From positions 4,156 to 68,155 of the forward strand of contig CAYPYS010000003.1 of the NCBI GenBank assembly GCA_964415355.1: DNA of 64,000 nucleotides, read 5' to 3'. The stretch comes from an uncultured Planctomycetia bacterium (GTDB taxonomy: Bacteria; Omnitrophota; Gorgyraeia; Gorgyraeales; Gorgyraeaceae). Position 1 is the first letter of the stretch. Each line of letters begins with the position of its first letter. Shown here piece by piece: positions 9,858-19,650 of this stretch. Both the position numbers and the translations under genes were made by a program. The notes beneath the pieces were generated by a model. The model was not told the DNA's origin. It was given only the letters and a program-made list of their open reading frames with translations, and did no database searches.

Positions 9858-10670
9858 TCAAGATCTCCTGTTTAAAATAAGGTCTGCTATATCTGAAAGT
9901 ATTTTTGCCTTTTTACCGAATATGTCCAGATGGGCCTTGGCGCGCTCGGTCAAAAGCCTCGCCATCTTTCTTACGTGTTCATCTCCATAAACCCTGACAT
10001 ATCCGTCATTATCTATTAGATCATCCACGAGTTGAAATGTAAAGCCGATGCATTTTCCGAACTCAGAAAGCGCTTTTATCTTTTTTTTATTCGCACCTTT
10101 GAATATGCCGCCGGCCTTTACAGAAGCTTCTATAAGCGAGCCTGTCTTATGGCTGGTTATATAGTCTAGTTCGGATTTTGTCGTTTGTCGTTTGCCGTTC
10201 GCATTTTCTATATCCACGACCTGTCCGCCCACTGTCCCATAAGTCCCTATCGCCTTTGAGATACCTTCTATCGTTTCCAAGCAACCTGCTTCTGCGAGCA
10301 ATTGAAACCCCAGGGTCATAAGCGCATCACCTGTTAATATCGCAATGGCTTCGTTAAATTTTTTATGGCAACTCGGTTTCCCGCGCCTCGAATCGTCATT
10401 GTCCACCGCCGGCAGATCATCATGGACCAAAGTATAGGTATGTATAAGTTCTATCGCGCATGCGACAGGCATAATAGCTTTTGCTTTTCCGCCGCACGCC
10501 TCAAAAGAGGCGATCGTCAATACAGGTCTTATTCTCTTGCCGCCCGGAAACACAGAATACCTCATGGCTTTATGAAGCACCTGCGGTTTTACCTTTACAG
10601 ACGGAAGATATTTATCCAGCGCCTTGTCGATTAATTTCTTCTTCTTCGCAATATACCCTTTGATCTCCAT
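9858..10670 (-). CDS. ispA: Polyprenyl (farnesyl/geranylgeranyl) diphosphate synthase
   Basis: GGKRIRP, HDDLPAVDNDDSRRG and FQLVDD motifs; xseB-ispA-dxs synteny. Confidence 0.9.
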   Translation of the reverse strand: MEIKGYIAKKKKLIDKALDKYLPSVKVKPQVLHKAMRYSVFPGGKRIRPVLTIASFEACGGKAKAIMPVACAIELIHTYTLVHDDLPAVDNDDSRRGKPSCHKKFNEAIAILTGDALMTLGFQLLAEAGCLETIEGISKAIGTYGTVGGQVVDIENANGKRQTTKSELDYITSHKTGSLIEASVKAGGIFKGANKKKIKALSEFGKCIGFTFQLVDDLIDNDGYVRVYGDEHVRKMARLLTERAKAHLDIFGKKAKILSDIADLILNRRS

Positions 10671-10680
10671 CTCTCTCCCC

Positions 10681-10717
10681 TAACTTTACATTTCAACAAC
10701 GTTAAAGTGTAAAGTTA
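10681..10717. repeat. 37-bp palindromic repeat, copy 4
   Basis: Consensus copy; its terminal tta (10715-10717) is the xseB stop. Confidence 0.95.
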
Positions 10718-10936
10718 TTCCTCGAAAGTCTCGGTATTAAGCTTGCCGCCTTTTTTGACAAGGATCTCGACCTTACGCTTTGTCTCGTCCAGACGCTTCC
10801 TGCAAAGACGCAAAAGCTTCACACCTTCTTCGTATTTTTTCAATGACTCGCCCAGCGGCATGTCTCCGCTCTCCAAGCTGTCGACAATCTCCTCTAATTT
10901 ACCCATCATCTCTTCGAATTTCAATTCTTTTGACAT
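10715..10936 (-). CDS. xseB: Exodeoxyribonuclease VII small subunit
   Basis: FEE...LEEIV..LE.G...L.ESL..YEEG pattern. Confidence 0.93.
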   Translation of the reverse strand: MSKELKFEEMMGKLEEIVDSLESGDMPLGESLKKYEEGVKLLRLCRKRLDETKRKVEILVKKGGKLNTETFEE

Positions 10937-10949
10937 ACGACCTCCTTGA

Positions 10950-12086
10950 CTAATCGACTTTTTCTACTCTGCTTTTGAAGCTGCCTTTCGAAAGTCTCGT
11001 CTCGATCAGATCATCATTCTCAAGGGACTTTACGTCCTTAAGGATCCTGTGTTCGGGAAGCTTAAAACTAATGCTATATCCTCTGTTTAAAATGCTTAAA
11101 GGGCTCAATATATCTATTTTTTCGCAGACGCGCTTAAAACCTTCTTCTTTTAACTCAATGTAATGCTTAAATCTTAAATTAAGATCCTTTTCTATCTCAT
11201 CCAGGCGCTGTTCATATTCTTTGACGAGGTCCAAAGGAAAGGTCTTGAGCTTTTTCTCGATCTCATCCAACCTATCGGCAAGTTCACTTTTTTTCACGAT
11301 CACGACTTCAGCGGCAACAGAAGGTGTCGGCGCCCTAAGATCAGCTACAAAGTCGCTGATGGTCCAGTCTATCTCGTGGCCTACTGCGCTTATTACAGGC
11401 AGCCTGGAATTATATATTGCCCTCGCGACAACCTCTTCGTTAAAAGCCCATAGGTCCTCGAGACTGCCACCGCCCCTCCCAGTTATTATTACGTCTACGT
11501 TGTTAAGCTTGTTGAATTCTTCTATGGCGGTTGCGATTTCTTCCTTTGCGCCTTCACCCTGCACCTTTACGGGATTAATGATGATCTCGACGTTAGAAAA
11601 TCTCTTTTTTATGACGTGCAACATATCTCTGATCGCTGCGCCAGTAGGCGAGGTGACTATCCCTATTCTATCCGGCAGCTTTGGTATGACTCTCTTGCGG
11701 GATTCGTCAAAAAGTCCTTCTTTGAAAAGCCGTTCCTTCAGTTGCTCGAAAGCGAGCTGCAGCGCGCCTATGCCTTTCGGCTCCATCCTGCTTACGATCA
11801 ACTGATACTGTCCCCTTTTTTCAAATAAGCTGACCTTGCCGAAACAAATAGCGTGCATGCCGTCGTTTATTTTAAATTTTATCTTTTCGTTATAACCCTT
11901 AAAGAATGCGCACTTAAGTTCGCTCTTATCATCCTTCAGTGTAAAATAAATATGACCTGAGGAAGGCGCGCTGAAATTCGATATCTCCCCCTCCACCCAT
12001 ATCTTTGAGAAAGAATCCTCCAGGATCGTCTTTATCTGCGATGTGAGCTCTCCTACTTTATATATATATTTGCCGTCGCCAGCCAT
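10950..12086 (-). CDS. xseA: Exodeoxyribonuclease VII large subunit
   Basis: WVEGEISN, GHIYF, RGGGSLEDLW and SAVGHE motifs. Start reset to the ATG at 12086, because the ORF-track start lies inside a repeat. Confidence 0.95.
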   Translation of the reverse strand: MAGDGKYIYKVGELTSQIKTILEDSFSKIWVEGEISNFSAPSSGHIYFTLKDDKSELKCAFFKGYNEKIKFKINDGMHAICFGKVSLFEKRGQYQLIVSRMEPKGIGALQLAFEQLKERLFKEGLFDESRKRVIPKLPDRIGIVTSPTGAAIRDMLHVIKKRFSNVEIIINPVKVQGEGAKEEIATAIEEFNKLNNVDVIITGRGGGSLEDLWAFNEEVVARAIYNSRLPVISAVGHEIDWTISDFVADLRAPTPSVAAEVVIVKKSELADRLDEIEKKLKTFPLDLVKEYEQRLDEIEKDLNLRFKHYIELKEEGFKRVCEKIDILSPLSILNRGYSISFKLPEHRILKDVKSLENDDLIETRLSKGSFKSRVEKVD

Positions 12087-12106
12087 ATCTATCCCAGAGA
12101 CCTGAA

Positions 12107-12143
12107 TAACTTTACATTTCAACAACGTTAAAGTGTAAAGTTA
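12107..12143. repeat. 37-bp palindromic repeat, copy 5
   Basis: Consensus copy; its terminal tta is the ymdB stop. Confidence 0.95.
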
Positions 12144-12932
12144 GAGATAATTCAGGATCTTCTCTCTCACTCTTTCTATGGATGATGCCTTGCCAGTCTC
12201 TTCGTCTATGTCGACCAGCGCCCCCTGCAGTTCAACATCATCCTCTGCCATCTCAAATTTTGCAGGCATACATTTCAAAAAATGCTCTATGATAATATCG
12301 GCCTTGCGGCCTATGACTGAATCCTGCGGGCCTGTCATGCCCAGGTCTGTTATGTACGCGCTCCCAAGAGGCAATATCTTCTCATCAGCTGTCTGCACAT
12401 GCGTATGCGTCCCGAATACTACGCTGACTTTACCGTCGAGAAATCTCCCGATCGCGATCTTCTCGCTCGTTGCTTCCGCATGCATATCCACCAGGATTAT
12501 CCCGGTGTCTTTTGATATCCTATTCACCTCTTCTTCCGCCCTCCTGAAAGGACAGTCGATGCCTTTCATAAAAATTCTCCCAGCGACATTTATAATACCT
12601 ATTTTTTTACCCTTATTCGATTTAAGGACAGTCGAGCCTTTGCCGGGACAACCATTTGGATAATTTGCCGGCCTTAAGATCCTGGCATCTTCGTCCAGCC
12701 TTTCATATATCTCTTTTTTCTTCCAAATATGGTCACCTGCAGTCAGGGCATCGATGCGGCTGTTAAACAGATCATCTACGGTGGCCAAGGTAAGGCCTGA
12801 ACCTCCGGCAATATTCTCGGCATTGGCAATTACAAAATCTATGTCCCTGTCCTTACGAAATTCGGGGACTATTTTTTTTATCGCCTCTCTGCCGGGTTTA
12901 CCGACTATATCGCCTATTAACAGAATTTTCAA
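12141..12932 (-). CDS. ymdB: YmdB-like (TIGR00282) metallophosphoesterase
   Basis: GDIVG, NAEN, DMHAEATSEK and GTHTHV motifs; follows rny. Confidence 0.9.
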   Translation of the reverse strand: MKILLIGDIVGKPGREAIKKIVPEFRKDRDIDFVIANAENIAGGSGLTLATVDDLFNSRIDALTAGDHIWKKKEIYERLDEDARILRPANYPNGCPGKGSTVLKSNKGKKIGIINVAGRIFMKGIDCPFRRAEEEVNRISKDTGIILVDMHAEATSEKIAIGRFLDGKVSVVFGTHTHVQTADEKILPLGSAYITDLGMTGPQDSVIGRKADIIIEHFLKCMPAKFEMAEDDVELQGALVDIDEETGKASSIERVREKILNYL

Positions 12933-12948
12933 TATATTCTCCTCCGCC

Positions 12949-12985
12949 TAACTTTACACTTTAACGTTGTTGAAATGTAAAGTTA
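12949..12985. repeat. 37-bp palindromic repeat, copy 6 (reverse)
   Basis: Its terminal tta is the rny stop. Confidence 0.95.
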
Positions 12986-14554
12986 TTTGGCGTATTCTAC
13001 GGCGCGGGTCTCTCTTATGACCGTGACCTTTATCTGGCCTGGATATTCCAGGCCTTCTTCGATCTTTTTTCTTATCTCTCTCGCAAGACCTATTGCCTGC
13101 AGGTCGCTTATTTTCTCTGGCTGCAGGATCACTCTTATCTCTCTCCCTGCTTGTATTGCAAATGCCTTATCGACGCCTTTAAACGAATCAGCTATCGATT
13201 CTAATTTCTCAAGACGTTTTATGTAATTCTCCAGAGACTCTCTTCGAGCCCCGGGTCTTGACGCGCTAACTGCGTCAGCAGCCTGCACAAGCACGCCGTA
13301 TACAGACGTTGACTCCTCTTCTTCGTGATGAGATGCTATGGAATTTACGACTACATACGACTCTCCGTATTTTTTAGCTATATCTGCTCCTATCTTTGCA
13401 TGAGGTCCTTCTACTTCGTGAGTCACTGCCTTGCCTATGTCATGCAAAAGACCGATTCTTTTGGCGAGATTGATGTCCAACCCTAATTCTCCTGCCATCG
13501 CGCCCATGATAAGCGAAACTTCCTTCATGTGCTGCAATGCGTTCTGGCCGTAACTGGTCCTGTATTTCAATCTGCCGATAAGCTTGATGATCTCAGGATG
13601 CACGCGCTGCAAGCCCAATTCAAAAACCGTATGTTCACCCTCTTCTTTCAGGCTGCTATCCATTTCCTGTTTTACTTTACTGACGACTTCTTCTATGCGT
13701 CCAGGATGGATCCTTCCGTCCTGCAAAAGTTTTTCCAGACTGACCCTGGCCACTTCGCGCTTTACTGTATCGAAGCTCGAAAGTATAACAGCCTCCGGGG
13801 TATCGTCGATAATTACATCTACTCCGGTCGCTATCTCGAACGCCCTTATGTTCCTGCCTTCTCTTCCTATGATCCTTCCTTTCATCTCGTCATTGGGAAG
13901 CGCCACTACAGAGACAGTCGTATTCGTCACATGCTCTGCGGCACACCTCTGTATGGCTGTAGTGAGCACCTCTTTCGCCTTTTTGTCGGCGGATTCCTTG
14001 GATCTTTCCAATATCTTATTGAACAAGACCTGGGCCTCGCGCTGCGCGTCTTCTTCTATTCTACGGAGGAATAATTTCTTAGCCTCTTCCACGCTAAGTC
14101 CTGATATCCTTTGGAGTTTCTGCTTCTCTTCGTTAAGCAGCCTGGAGAGTTCGCTCTTGCTCTGCTCTATAGCCTTCTCTTTGCCTACCAAAAGAGATTC
14201 TCTTTTCGAGACATCTTTATCCTTTCTCTCCAATATGTCTACCTTTCGTTCTATGTTCTCCTCTTTCTGACCTAACTTTTTTTCAAGATCCGAAAGTTCT
14301 TGACGTCTATTCTTTGTCTCGCGCTCAAAATCCGAACGCATCTTGAACTTAAGGTCCTTTACCTCGAGTTCGAATTCCTTTTTACGATTATCCAATTCCC
14401 TCTTTGACTCTTCAAGGCCCTTCTTGGCCCTTTCTTCTATCTCCTTCAGGTGCTTCTCGGAAAAAAACTTTCTTATGAAATATCCCGCGAAGAACACCAA
14501 GACAAAAACCAACACCTCTATCAGCGATACTATGGTTTTCAAAGTAAAATCCAT
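12983..14554 (-). CDS. rny: Ribonuclease Y
   Basis: N-terminal TM segment, coiled coil, KH domain ([12 protein letters not shown]) and HD domain (LLHDIGK). The start may be a few codons further upstream (14560-14563). Confidence 0.96.
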   Translation of the reverse strand: MDFTLKTIVSLIEVLVFVLVFFAGYFIRKFFSEKHLKEIEERAKKGLEESKRELDNRKKEFELEVKDLKFKMRSDFERETKNRRQELSDLEKKLGQKEENIERKVDILERKDKDVSKRESLLVGKEKAIEQSKSELSRLLNEEKQKLQRISGLSVEEAKKLFLRRIEEDAQREAQVLFNKILERSKESADKKAKEVLTTAIQRCAAEHVTNTTVSVVALPNDEMKGRIIGREGRNIRAFEIATGVDVIIDDTPEAVILSSFDTVKREVARVSLEKLLQDGRIHPGRIEEVVSKVKQEMDSSLKEEGEHTVFELGLQRVHPEIIKLIGRLKYRTSYGQNALQHMKEVSLIMGAMAGELGLDINLAKRIGLLHDIGKAVTHEVEGPHAKIGADIAKKYGESYVVVNSIASHHEEEESTSVYGVLVQAADAVSASRPGARRESLENYIKRLEKLESIADSFKGVDKAFAIQAGREIRVILQPEKISDLQAIGLAREIRKKIEEGLEYPGQIKVTVIRETRAVEYAK

Positions 14555-14601
14555 CTCCAACACCTCCTCAAATGAACATTCAGCTTATATATTGCGCGAG
14601 T

Positions 14602-15162
14602 TTAGTCCGTTATGACTTTGGTAAGAGAGACGTCTCTTTTCGTGGTGGGGAGTTTGTCGACCAATTGGAATCTAAAACCAAGACCCAGCTTCTTTGTCTT
14701 TTTTGGCAATTGCTTTAAAAAACGGTCATAGTAGCCCTTGCCCCGACCCAATCGATTATTGCGTCTGTCAAAAGCCAGACCAGGCACTACTACTAGATCT
14801 ATGCATTTCGGATTTAAAGATCTATTTGATTTAGATTTAACTGGTTCGTAAATTCCGTACGGACCTTTTTCCAGGCCCGTCTTAATATCCTCCAACACCA
14901 CAGGTTTTATTCTCTTCTCTCTCGCCAGAGTGACTGGTAAAGCCACGTCCTTTCCCATTGACAAGGCCTTTCTGATCACAGGCCCTGTCTCGACTTCTCC
15001 AGTCCCTTTAGAAACATAAAGCATCACACAGTTTGACGACAAAAAGTCTTTCTCTTTAAATATCCTTTTTTGTACAAGCTTGCTCTTTTGTCTCCTTTCC
15101 GATTGCTTTTGACGAGCCAGCTTTGTCTTCATTTTTTTTCTTAACACCTCTTTCCTATCCAT
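14602..15162 (-). CDS. 5-formyltetrahydrofolate cyclo-ligase
   Basis: [12 protein letters not shown]...[13 protein letters not shown] motif. Confidence 0.92.
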   Translation of the reverse strand: MDRKEVLRKKMKTKLARQKQSERRQKSKLVQKRIFKEKDFLSSNCVMLYVSKGTGEVETGPVIRKALSMGKDVALPVTLAREKRIKPVVLEDIKTGLEKGPYGIYEPVKSKSNRSLNPKCIDLVVVPGLAFDRRNNRLGRGKGYYDRFLKQLPKKTKKLGLGFRFQLVDKLPTTKRDVSLTKVITD

Positions 15163-15565
15163 TCTGTTTTTGTTTTTTCTTCTCCTTTTTTGTCATATAA
15201 TCATCTATGGCAGACTTGAGCGCCTGCTCTGCCAGGACCGAGCAATGCATCTTTATGGGAGGAAGCCCGCCCAATGCCTCTGCCACGGCCTTGTTGGAGA
15301 TCTTCAGGGCCTCTCCAACAGTCTTTCCCTTGACTATTTCTGTAACCATGCTGCTCGTAGCTATAGCTGCACCGCACCCAAACGTTTTAAACTTAGCGTC
15401 TTTTATCTTATCGTCTTCTACTTTTATATAAAGTCTCATTATATCTCCACAGACAGGATTCCCGACATTGCCTATGCCGTCTGCATCAGGTATCTCCCCG
15501 ACGTTTTTTGGATTTTTAAAATGCTCCATTACTTTTTCGCTATACTGCGTGTTAAAACCTTCCAT
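15155..15565 (-). CDS. iscU: Fe-S cluster scaffold, IscU/NifU-N type
   Basis: [24 protein letters not shown] and KMHCS motifs. Confidence 0.9.
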   Translation of the reverse strand: MEGFNTQYSEKVMEHFKNPKNVGEIPDADGIGNVGNPVCGDIMRLYIKVEDDKIKDAKFKTFGCGAAIATSSMVTEIVKGKTVGEALKISNKAVAEALGGLPPIKMHCSVLAEQALKSAIDDYMTKKEKKKQKQNG

Positions 15566-15580
15566 AATTACCACCTCATT

Positions 15581-16237
15581 TTACTGTTCTATTACTCTCT
15601 CCCTTGGCTTGTTGCTTTTGGAATAATCCTTTGCTGGTCTTCTGGCCTTAAGATTATCAAGCTTGCCAAGTTCTTTGAGTCGATTATATATCAATATCCA
15701 CGCGCAATCCTTTTCCTTATCTACTTCGCACTTTCCTTTATCAGATCCGCCGCAAGGCCCGTTCATAAGACCTTTTGCGCATCTCGTAACAGGGCAAATC
15801 CCTCCTGTAATATTCAATACACACTCCCCGCACATCGCGCATCTCTCAAAAAATCCAGCGCCGGTCTTATCCAAAATAGAGCCAAACAGGGTGTCGCATC
15901 CTATAACAACAGACCGCTTTGACCTGTCATTGTCCAGTACGGACTGGGCGCCCAAGCCACAGGCGAGCACCAGAAACACTTCTGCATCGTCAACCGCCTT
16001 CTTGTTCTTCGCAAAGTGCAGTTTTGTCTGGCTTGCTATGCACGGTGAATCAGGAATGGCCCAGCCAGTCACGACCTTGCCTTTCGCCTCAAGAGACTTC
16101 TTCATTTCTTTTATCTCTTCTTCGCCGCCTGTCTTGCAACTAGTAGCACAATCACCGCACCCCAGGATAAAGACCTTTTTCTTGTCACCTATGAATTTTA
16201 ATATCTCGTCAAATTCTTTTTTCTGCGTAACTATCAT
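15581..16237 (-). CDS. MetV-like protein (methylene-THF reductase C-terminal Cys-rich domain)
   Basis: GCGDCATSC and CAMCGEC...CPVTRCAKGLMNGPCGG...C...CAW motifs. Confidence 0.8.
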   Translation of the reverse strand: MIVTQKKEFDEILKFIGDKKKVFILGCGDCATSCKTGGEEEIKEMKKSLEAKGKVVTGWAIPDSPCIASQTKLHFAKNKKAVDDAEVFLVLACGLGAQSVLDNDRSKRSVVIGCDTLFGSILDKTGAGFFERCAMCGECVLNITGGICPVTRCAKGLMNGPCGGSDKGKCEVDKEKDCAWILIYNRLKELGKLDNLKARRPAKDYSKSNKPRERVIEQ

Positions 16238-16250
16238 AATGTCTCCTCGA

Positions 16251-16766
16251 TTACAAAAGTCTTTTTACGGCGTTCTCAAATGTCTCTTTATCTCTGTACC
16301 CTAAGAATCTTTTGGTTATACCGCCGTTTCTGTCTATGATAAAAGTAACGGGTATAGACATGATGCCTCCGTATAGATCCGTAATCTCATTATTTCCTAA
16401 TAGCATCGTGTACTCGATGCCGTTTTCTTCGGCGAACGGGCCGACGACCCTTTCTGCATTCCAGTCCAATGATATGCCTATGATCTCGAGACCATCGTCT
16501 TTGTATTTCTCATACAGCTCTATAAAATGCGGGATTTCTATCTTGCAGGGAGGACACCAGGTGGCCCAAAAATTAAGTATCACGACCTTACCTTTAAAAT
16601 CAGATAGGGTCTTCTCTTCTCCCTGGGCGTTTAAAAGCGTAAAATCAGGCGCCGGGATAAACACCTTCTTTTTCGCTTCGCTTTTGACTTTTACAAATCG
16701 CACTACGCCGTACGTCGCTGCTAAAAAAGTTATGATTAATATGAAAACTAATGATATTTTTTTCAT
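16251..16766 (-). CDS. TlpA/ResA family thiol-disulfide oxidoreductase
   Basis: N-terminal anchor and NFWATWCPPC motif. Confidence 0.9.
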   Translation of the reverse strand: MKKISLVFILIITFLAATYGVVRFVKVKSEAKKKVFIPAPDFTLLNAQGEEKTLSDFKGKVVILNFWATWCPPCKIEIPHFIELYEKYKDDGLEIIGISLDWNAERVVGPFAEENGIEYTMLLGNNEITDLYGGIMSIPVTFIIDRNGGITKRFLGYRDKETFENAVKRLL

Positions 16767-16770
16767 TTTG

Positions 16771-17487
16771 CTATGATAAAAAAATGCTGCTGAGTTTTGA
16801 AAAATGCCCTAAAAACAATAATATTCCAATGAGTATTAAAAAAACACCTGTCACGACCGGCACGAATTTCATAACGGCCTTAAATCTATTGAATATAAAA
16901 AGAAACTGGTTTACCGCCAGGCTCGCCATAAAAAAAGGTATACCCAGGCCGAGCGAATAAAAGCACAGTAAGAGCGTGGCACGAGGCAAACTTTCCAGCG
17001 TAGACGCATATATCAATATGCTCGAAAGTATAGGGCCCACACACGGCGTCCATCCTACGCTAAACGCCATTCCTATCAAGAAAGAACCAAAATAACTGAT
17101 ATTCTTCTTGTGGTAAATTATCTTTTTTTCTCTATTCAGTATCCCTATGTTGAGCACTCCCAGCATATGGACACCGAATAAGACTATTAATATGCCGCCT
17201 GTCCTCTCCAGCCATAGCCTTTTTATCCCAAAGAAACTCCCCAGGCTCGCGAATGTTATCCCGAATAGAATAAATATGACCGAAAATCCGAGTATAAAAC
17301 ATAACGAATGTATGGCGGTCAATCTCCTGATACTCGACCTTTCTTCCGAAGACTTCAGGTCTTCGAAGGATTTACCGGTTATATACGTTATATATGAAGG
17401 GAATAGGGGTAAGACACAGGGAGAAAGAAATGTCAAAAGACCAGCTACAAAAGACATAATGATCGAGACTTCGCTTGCATTGCTCAT
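16771..17487 (-). CDS. ccdA: Cytochrome c biogenesis / DsbD-like membrane protein
   Basis: FLSPCVLP and GWTPCVGP motifs, multiple TM segments. Confidence 0.9.
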   Translation of the reverse strand: MSNASEVSIIMSFVAGLLTFLSPCVLPLFPSYITYITGKSFEDLKSSEERSSIRRLTAIHSLCFILGFSVIFILFGITFASLGSFFGIKRLWLERTGGILIVLFGVHMLGVLNIGILNREKKIIYHKKNISYFGSFLIGMAFSVGWTPCVGPILSSILIYASTLESLPRATLLLCFYSLGLGIPFFMASLAVNQFLFIFNRFKAVMKFVPVVTGVFLILIGILLFLGHFSKLSSIFLS

Positions 17488-17505
17488 ATTAAATCCTCCG
17501 GATCT

Positions 17506-17730
17506 TTATCGCGAAGCCCGAACCCTTATTATATCCTGTTGTTTTCTTATATCTTCAAGGCGCTCTATTATGTCCTGCTGATTTTTTAAAACTTCTTCTA
17601 TTTTCTCTGAGACTATTCGCGAATCATCGCCTCTTGCGAGTTTCTGGCTTTTACCAAAGCCTTTAAGAGTGAGGATCCCCAGAGAAATAGCTCCTACTAT
17701 AAAAAGCGTCAAAGCTGCCTTTCTCGCCAT
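17506..17730 (-). CDS. Small membrane-anchored coiled-coil hypothetical protein
   Basis: ATG at 17730 with an AGAGG RBS, a hydrophobic N-terminus and a promoter just upstream. Confidence 0.6.
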   Translation of the reverse strand: MARKAALTLFIVGAISLGILTLKGFGKSQKLARGDDSRIVSEKIEEVLKNQQDIIERLEDIRKQQDIIRVRASR

Positions 17731-17757
17731 ATCCAACCTCTTTCTATATATGCGCTT

Positions 17758-17786
17758 ATTATAACAAATCCCGTTCGCCCAGTCAA
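17758..17786 (-). promoter_or_regulatory. Sigma70-type promoter
   Basis: TTGACT-17 bp-TATAAT with an extended -10 TG. Confidence 0.7.
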
Positions 17787-17794
17787 TACCCACC

Positions 17795-17831
17795 TAACTT
17801 TACATTTCAACAACGTTAAAGTGTAAAGTTA
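17795..17831. repeat. 37-bp palindromic repeat, copy 7
   Basis: Consensus copy in a cc-TA-gg context, 6 nt past the polX stop. Confidence 0.95.
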
Positions 17832-17837
17832 GGCGGG

Positions 17838-19538
17838 TCACTTGCATTTCAGTCTGGCGCAAGACAGAGTATTTAATACGTCTCCTTTCTCTATCCATCC
17901 CCGACGGGCAACAGCTACGCCAAATTTCATAAGCCCCAGCTGCTCTGCTATATGCGCGTCTGTATTTATTGCCAATTTCACACCAAAATCCCTGGCCATA
18001 CGGCAATGTATATCATTTAGATCAAGCCTTTGAGGAAAACTATTGACTTCCAGGGCCGTACCTTCATCTCTTGCCACCTTAAAGATATCTTCGAAATCTA
18101 TTTCGTACTCCTCTCTTGCACCCCACAGCTTCCCAGTGGGATGGGCGATAATCCGGACATATTTATTCTGACACGCCTTTATGATGCGCCTGGTCAATTT
18201 CTCCTTTGGCTGCTTAAAGCCGGAGTGGATGGCACCGATTACAATGTCCATTTCTTTTAATATGTCGTCGGGATAATCCAAATTTCCATCCGAATCAATA
18301 TCCACCTCTGCCCCGTACAAGATATCTATACCTTTATATTTCTTCCTAAGCTGCTCTATTTCCTTTCTTTTCTCTTTAAGTGCATTTTTATCAAGGCCGC
18401 CGGCTATCTTCAAACCCTGAGAATGATCTGTTATAGCGATATACTCATACCCTAATTTCTTTGCCTTAACCACGACCTTTTCTATAGAGCTGCCGCCGTC
18501 AGACCAATTCGAGTGAACATGAAGATCACCTTTTATATCATCTAATTTCACAAGGTCAGGCAAATTGCCTTCTGAGGCAGCCTCGATTTCACCCCTGTCT
18601 TCTCTTAACTCAGGGTCAATATAAAAAAGCCCCAGGGCCTTATATATCTCCTTTTCACTCTTGCCGGCGATCCTCTTCTTATTTTTAAAAAGGCCGTATT
18701 CGTTTAGTTTGAGACCATCTTTTATGGCGAGCTGCCGCAGTCTTATGTTGTGCGCCTTTGAGCCCGTGAAATACATAAGCGCGGATCCATATGAAGCGCT
18801 TTCTATGACCCTTACGTCAACCTGTATCCCGTCATGCGTGATCACACTAGACTTTGTAGGACCTTTCGTAAGCACATCTTTTACCTCGGGCAATTTTATA
18901 AATACATCCATTACTCTTTTGGGCTCCCTGGAAGAAACCAGGATATCAACATCTTTCACCGTATCCCTCATGCGTCTAAGGCTGCCTGCCGGATTTACCT
19001 TAGTCGCTACTTTTGGTTTTTTGAGCTGCGAAATAATAGAGTCAGCGACGTCAACAGCTGTTTTTATGTCCATCCTGTCACGGCCCCTTTTAAAAAGTTC
19101 GATACCGCGTAAAATATTCTCCTCTGTCTTTTCCTTTATGCCGGGAAGTTTTTTGATCCTTCCGGCGTGAGCCATTCTTTCAAGCATCACGACGTCGCGT
19201 ATACCCAGTTTTTCGTATAGTAATTTCGCGGTCTTTGGCCCGACACCTGGTATATCCAGCATATCGAGTAGCCCGGGCGGGATTTCTTTTTTTAAATCTT
19301 CTAAAAATCTAAGGCTGCCCGTGGAAACCAGCTCTTTTATCTTGTCTTCGAGATCCTTACCTACCCCAGGAATACTTGTAAGCCTGTTCTCTTTTACAAA
19401 TACCTCTATGTCTTCCGGGATCGACTCTATGTTCTGCGCTGCCCGTTCATACGCCCGTATCCTGAAGACATTTTCTCCCTTTATCTCCAGGATTTCGGCT
19501 ATCTGCTTAAAGGCATTTGCAATCTCTTGATTTTTCAT
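17838..19538 (-). CDS. polX: DNA polymerase X / PHP 3'-5' exonuclease
   Basis: HhH motifs, GSLRR, DVD, YFTGSK and a PHP domain (DLHVHSNWSDG, TDH, NTDAH). Confidence 0.95.
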   Translation of the reverse strand: MKNQEIANAFKQIAEILEIKGENVFRIRAYERAAQNIESIPEDIEVFVKENRLTSIPGVGKDLEDKIKELVSTGSLRFLEDLKKEIPPGLLDMLDIPGVGPKTAKLLYEKLGIRDVVMLERMAHAGRIKKLPGIKEKTEENILRGIELFKRGRDRMDIKTAVDVADSIISQLKKPKVATKVNPAGSLRRMRDTVKDVDILVSSREPKRVMDVFIKLPEVKDVLTKGPTKSSVITHDGIQVDVRVIESASYGSALMYFTGSKAHNIRLRQLAIKDGLKLNEYGLFKNKKRIAGKSEKEIYKALGLFYIDPELREDRGEIEAASEGNLPDLVKLDDIKGDLHVHSNWSDGGSSIEKVVVKAKKLGYEYIAITDHSQGLKIAGGLDKNALKEKRKEIEQLRKKYKGIDILYGAEVDIDSDGNLDYPDDILKEMDIVIGAIHSGFKQPKEKLTRRIIKACQNKYVRIIAHPTGKLWGAREEYEIDFEDIFKVARDEGTALEVNSFPQRLDLNDIHCRMARDFGVKLAINTDAHIAEQLGLMKFGVAVARRGWIEKGDVLNTLSCARLKCK

Positions 19539-19598
19539 AGTAATATTATTTTAGCATAGATTTTTTGCCGCATAAAGGATATAATACCGGACATAGCC

Positions 19599-19635
19599 TA
19601 ACTTTACATTTTAACATTGTTGAAATGTAAAGTTA
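19599..19635. repeat. 37-bp palindromic repeat, copy 8 (reverse)
   Basis: taactttacattttaacattgttgaaatgtaaagtta, in the divergent polX / surA-like intergenic region. Confidence 0.92.
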
Positions 19636-19650
19636 GAGGGGAGATGAGAT

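Noticed and set aside
10681-10717. The 37-bp repeat as a plain intrinsic terminator
   Set aside because: The stem is AT-rich with no U-tract, orientation is random, and many copies lie inside apparent operons such as xseB-ispA and purL-purQ.
12087-12125. Shared N-terminal peptide MLKCKV on xseA, glyA, purC and ORF 19617
   Set aside because: An artefact of a TTG start inside the repeat; better ATG starts lie downstream for xseA, glyA and purC, and ORF 19617 is a shadow of the surA-like gene.
14555-15170. 6S RNA expected near the cyclo-ligase/rny genes, and SRP RNA expected near dnaX
   Set aside because: No intergenic space: iscU overlaps the cyclo-ligase, and only the repeat lies between tRNA-Ser and dnaX.
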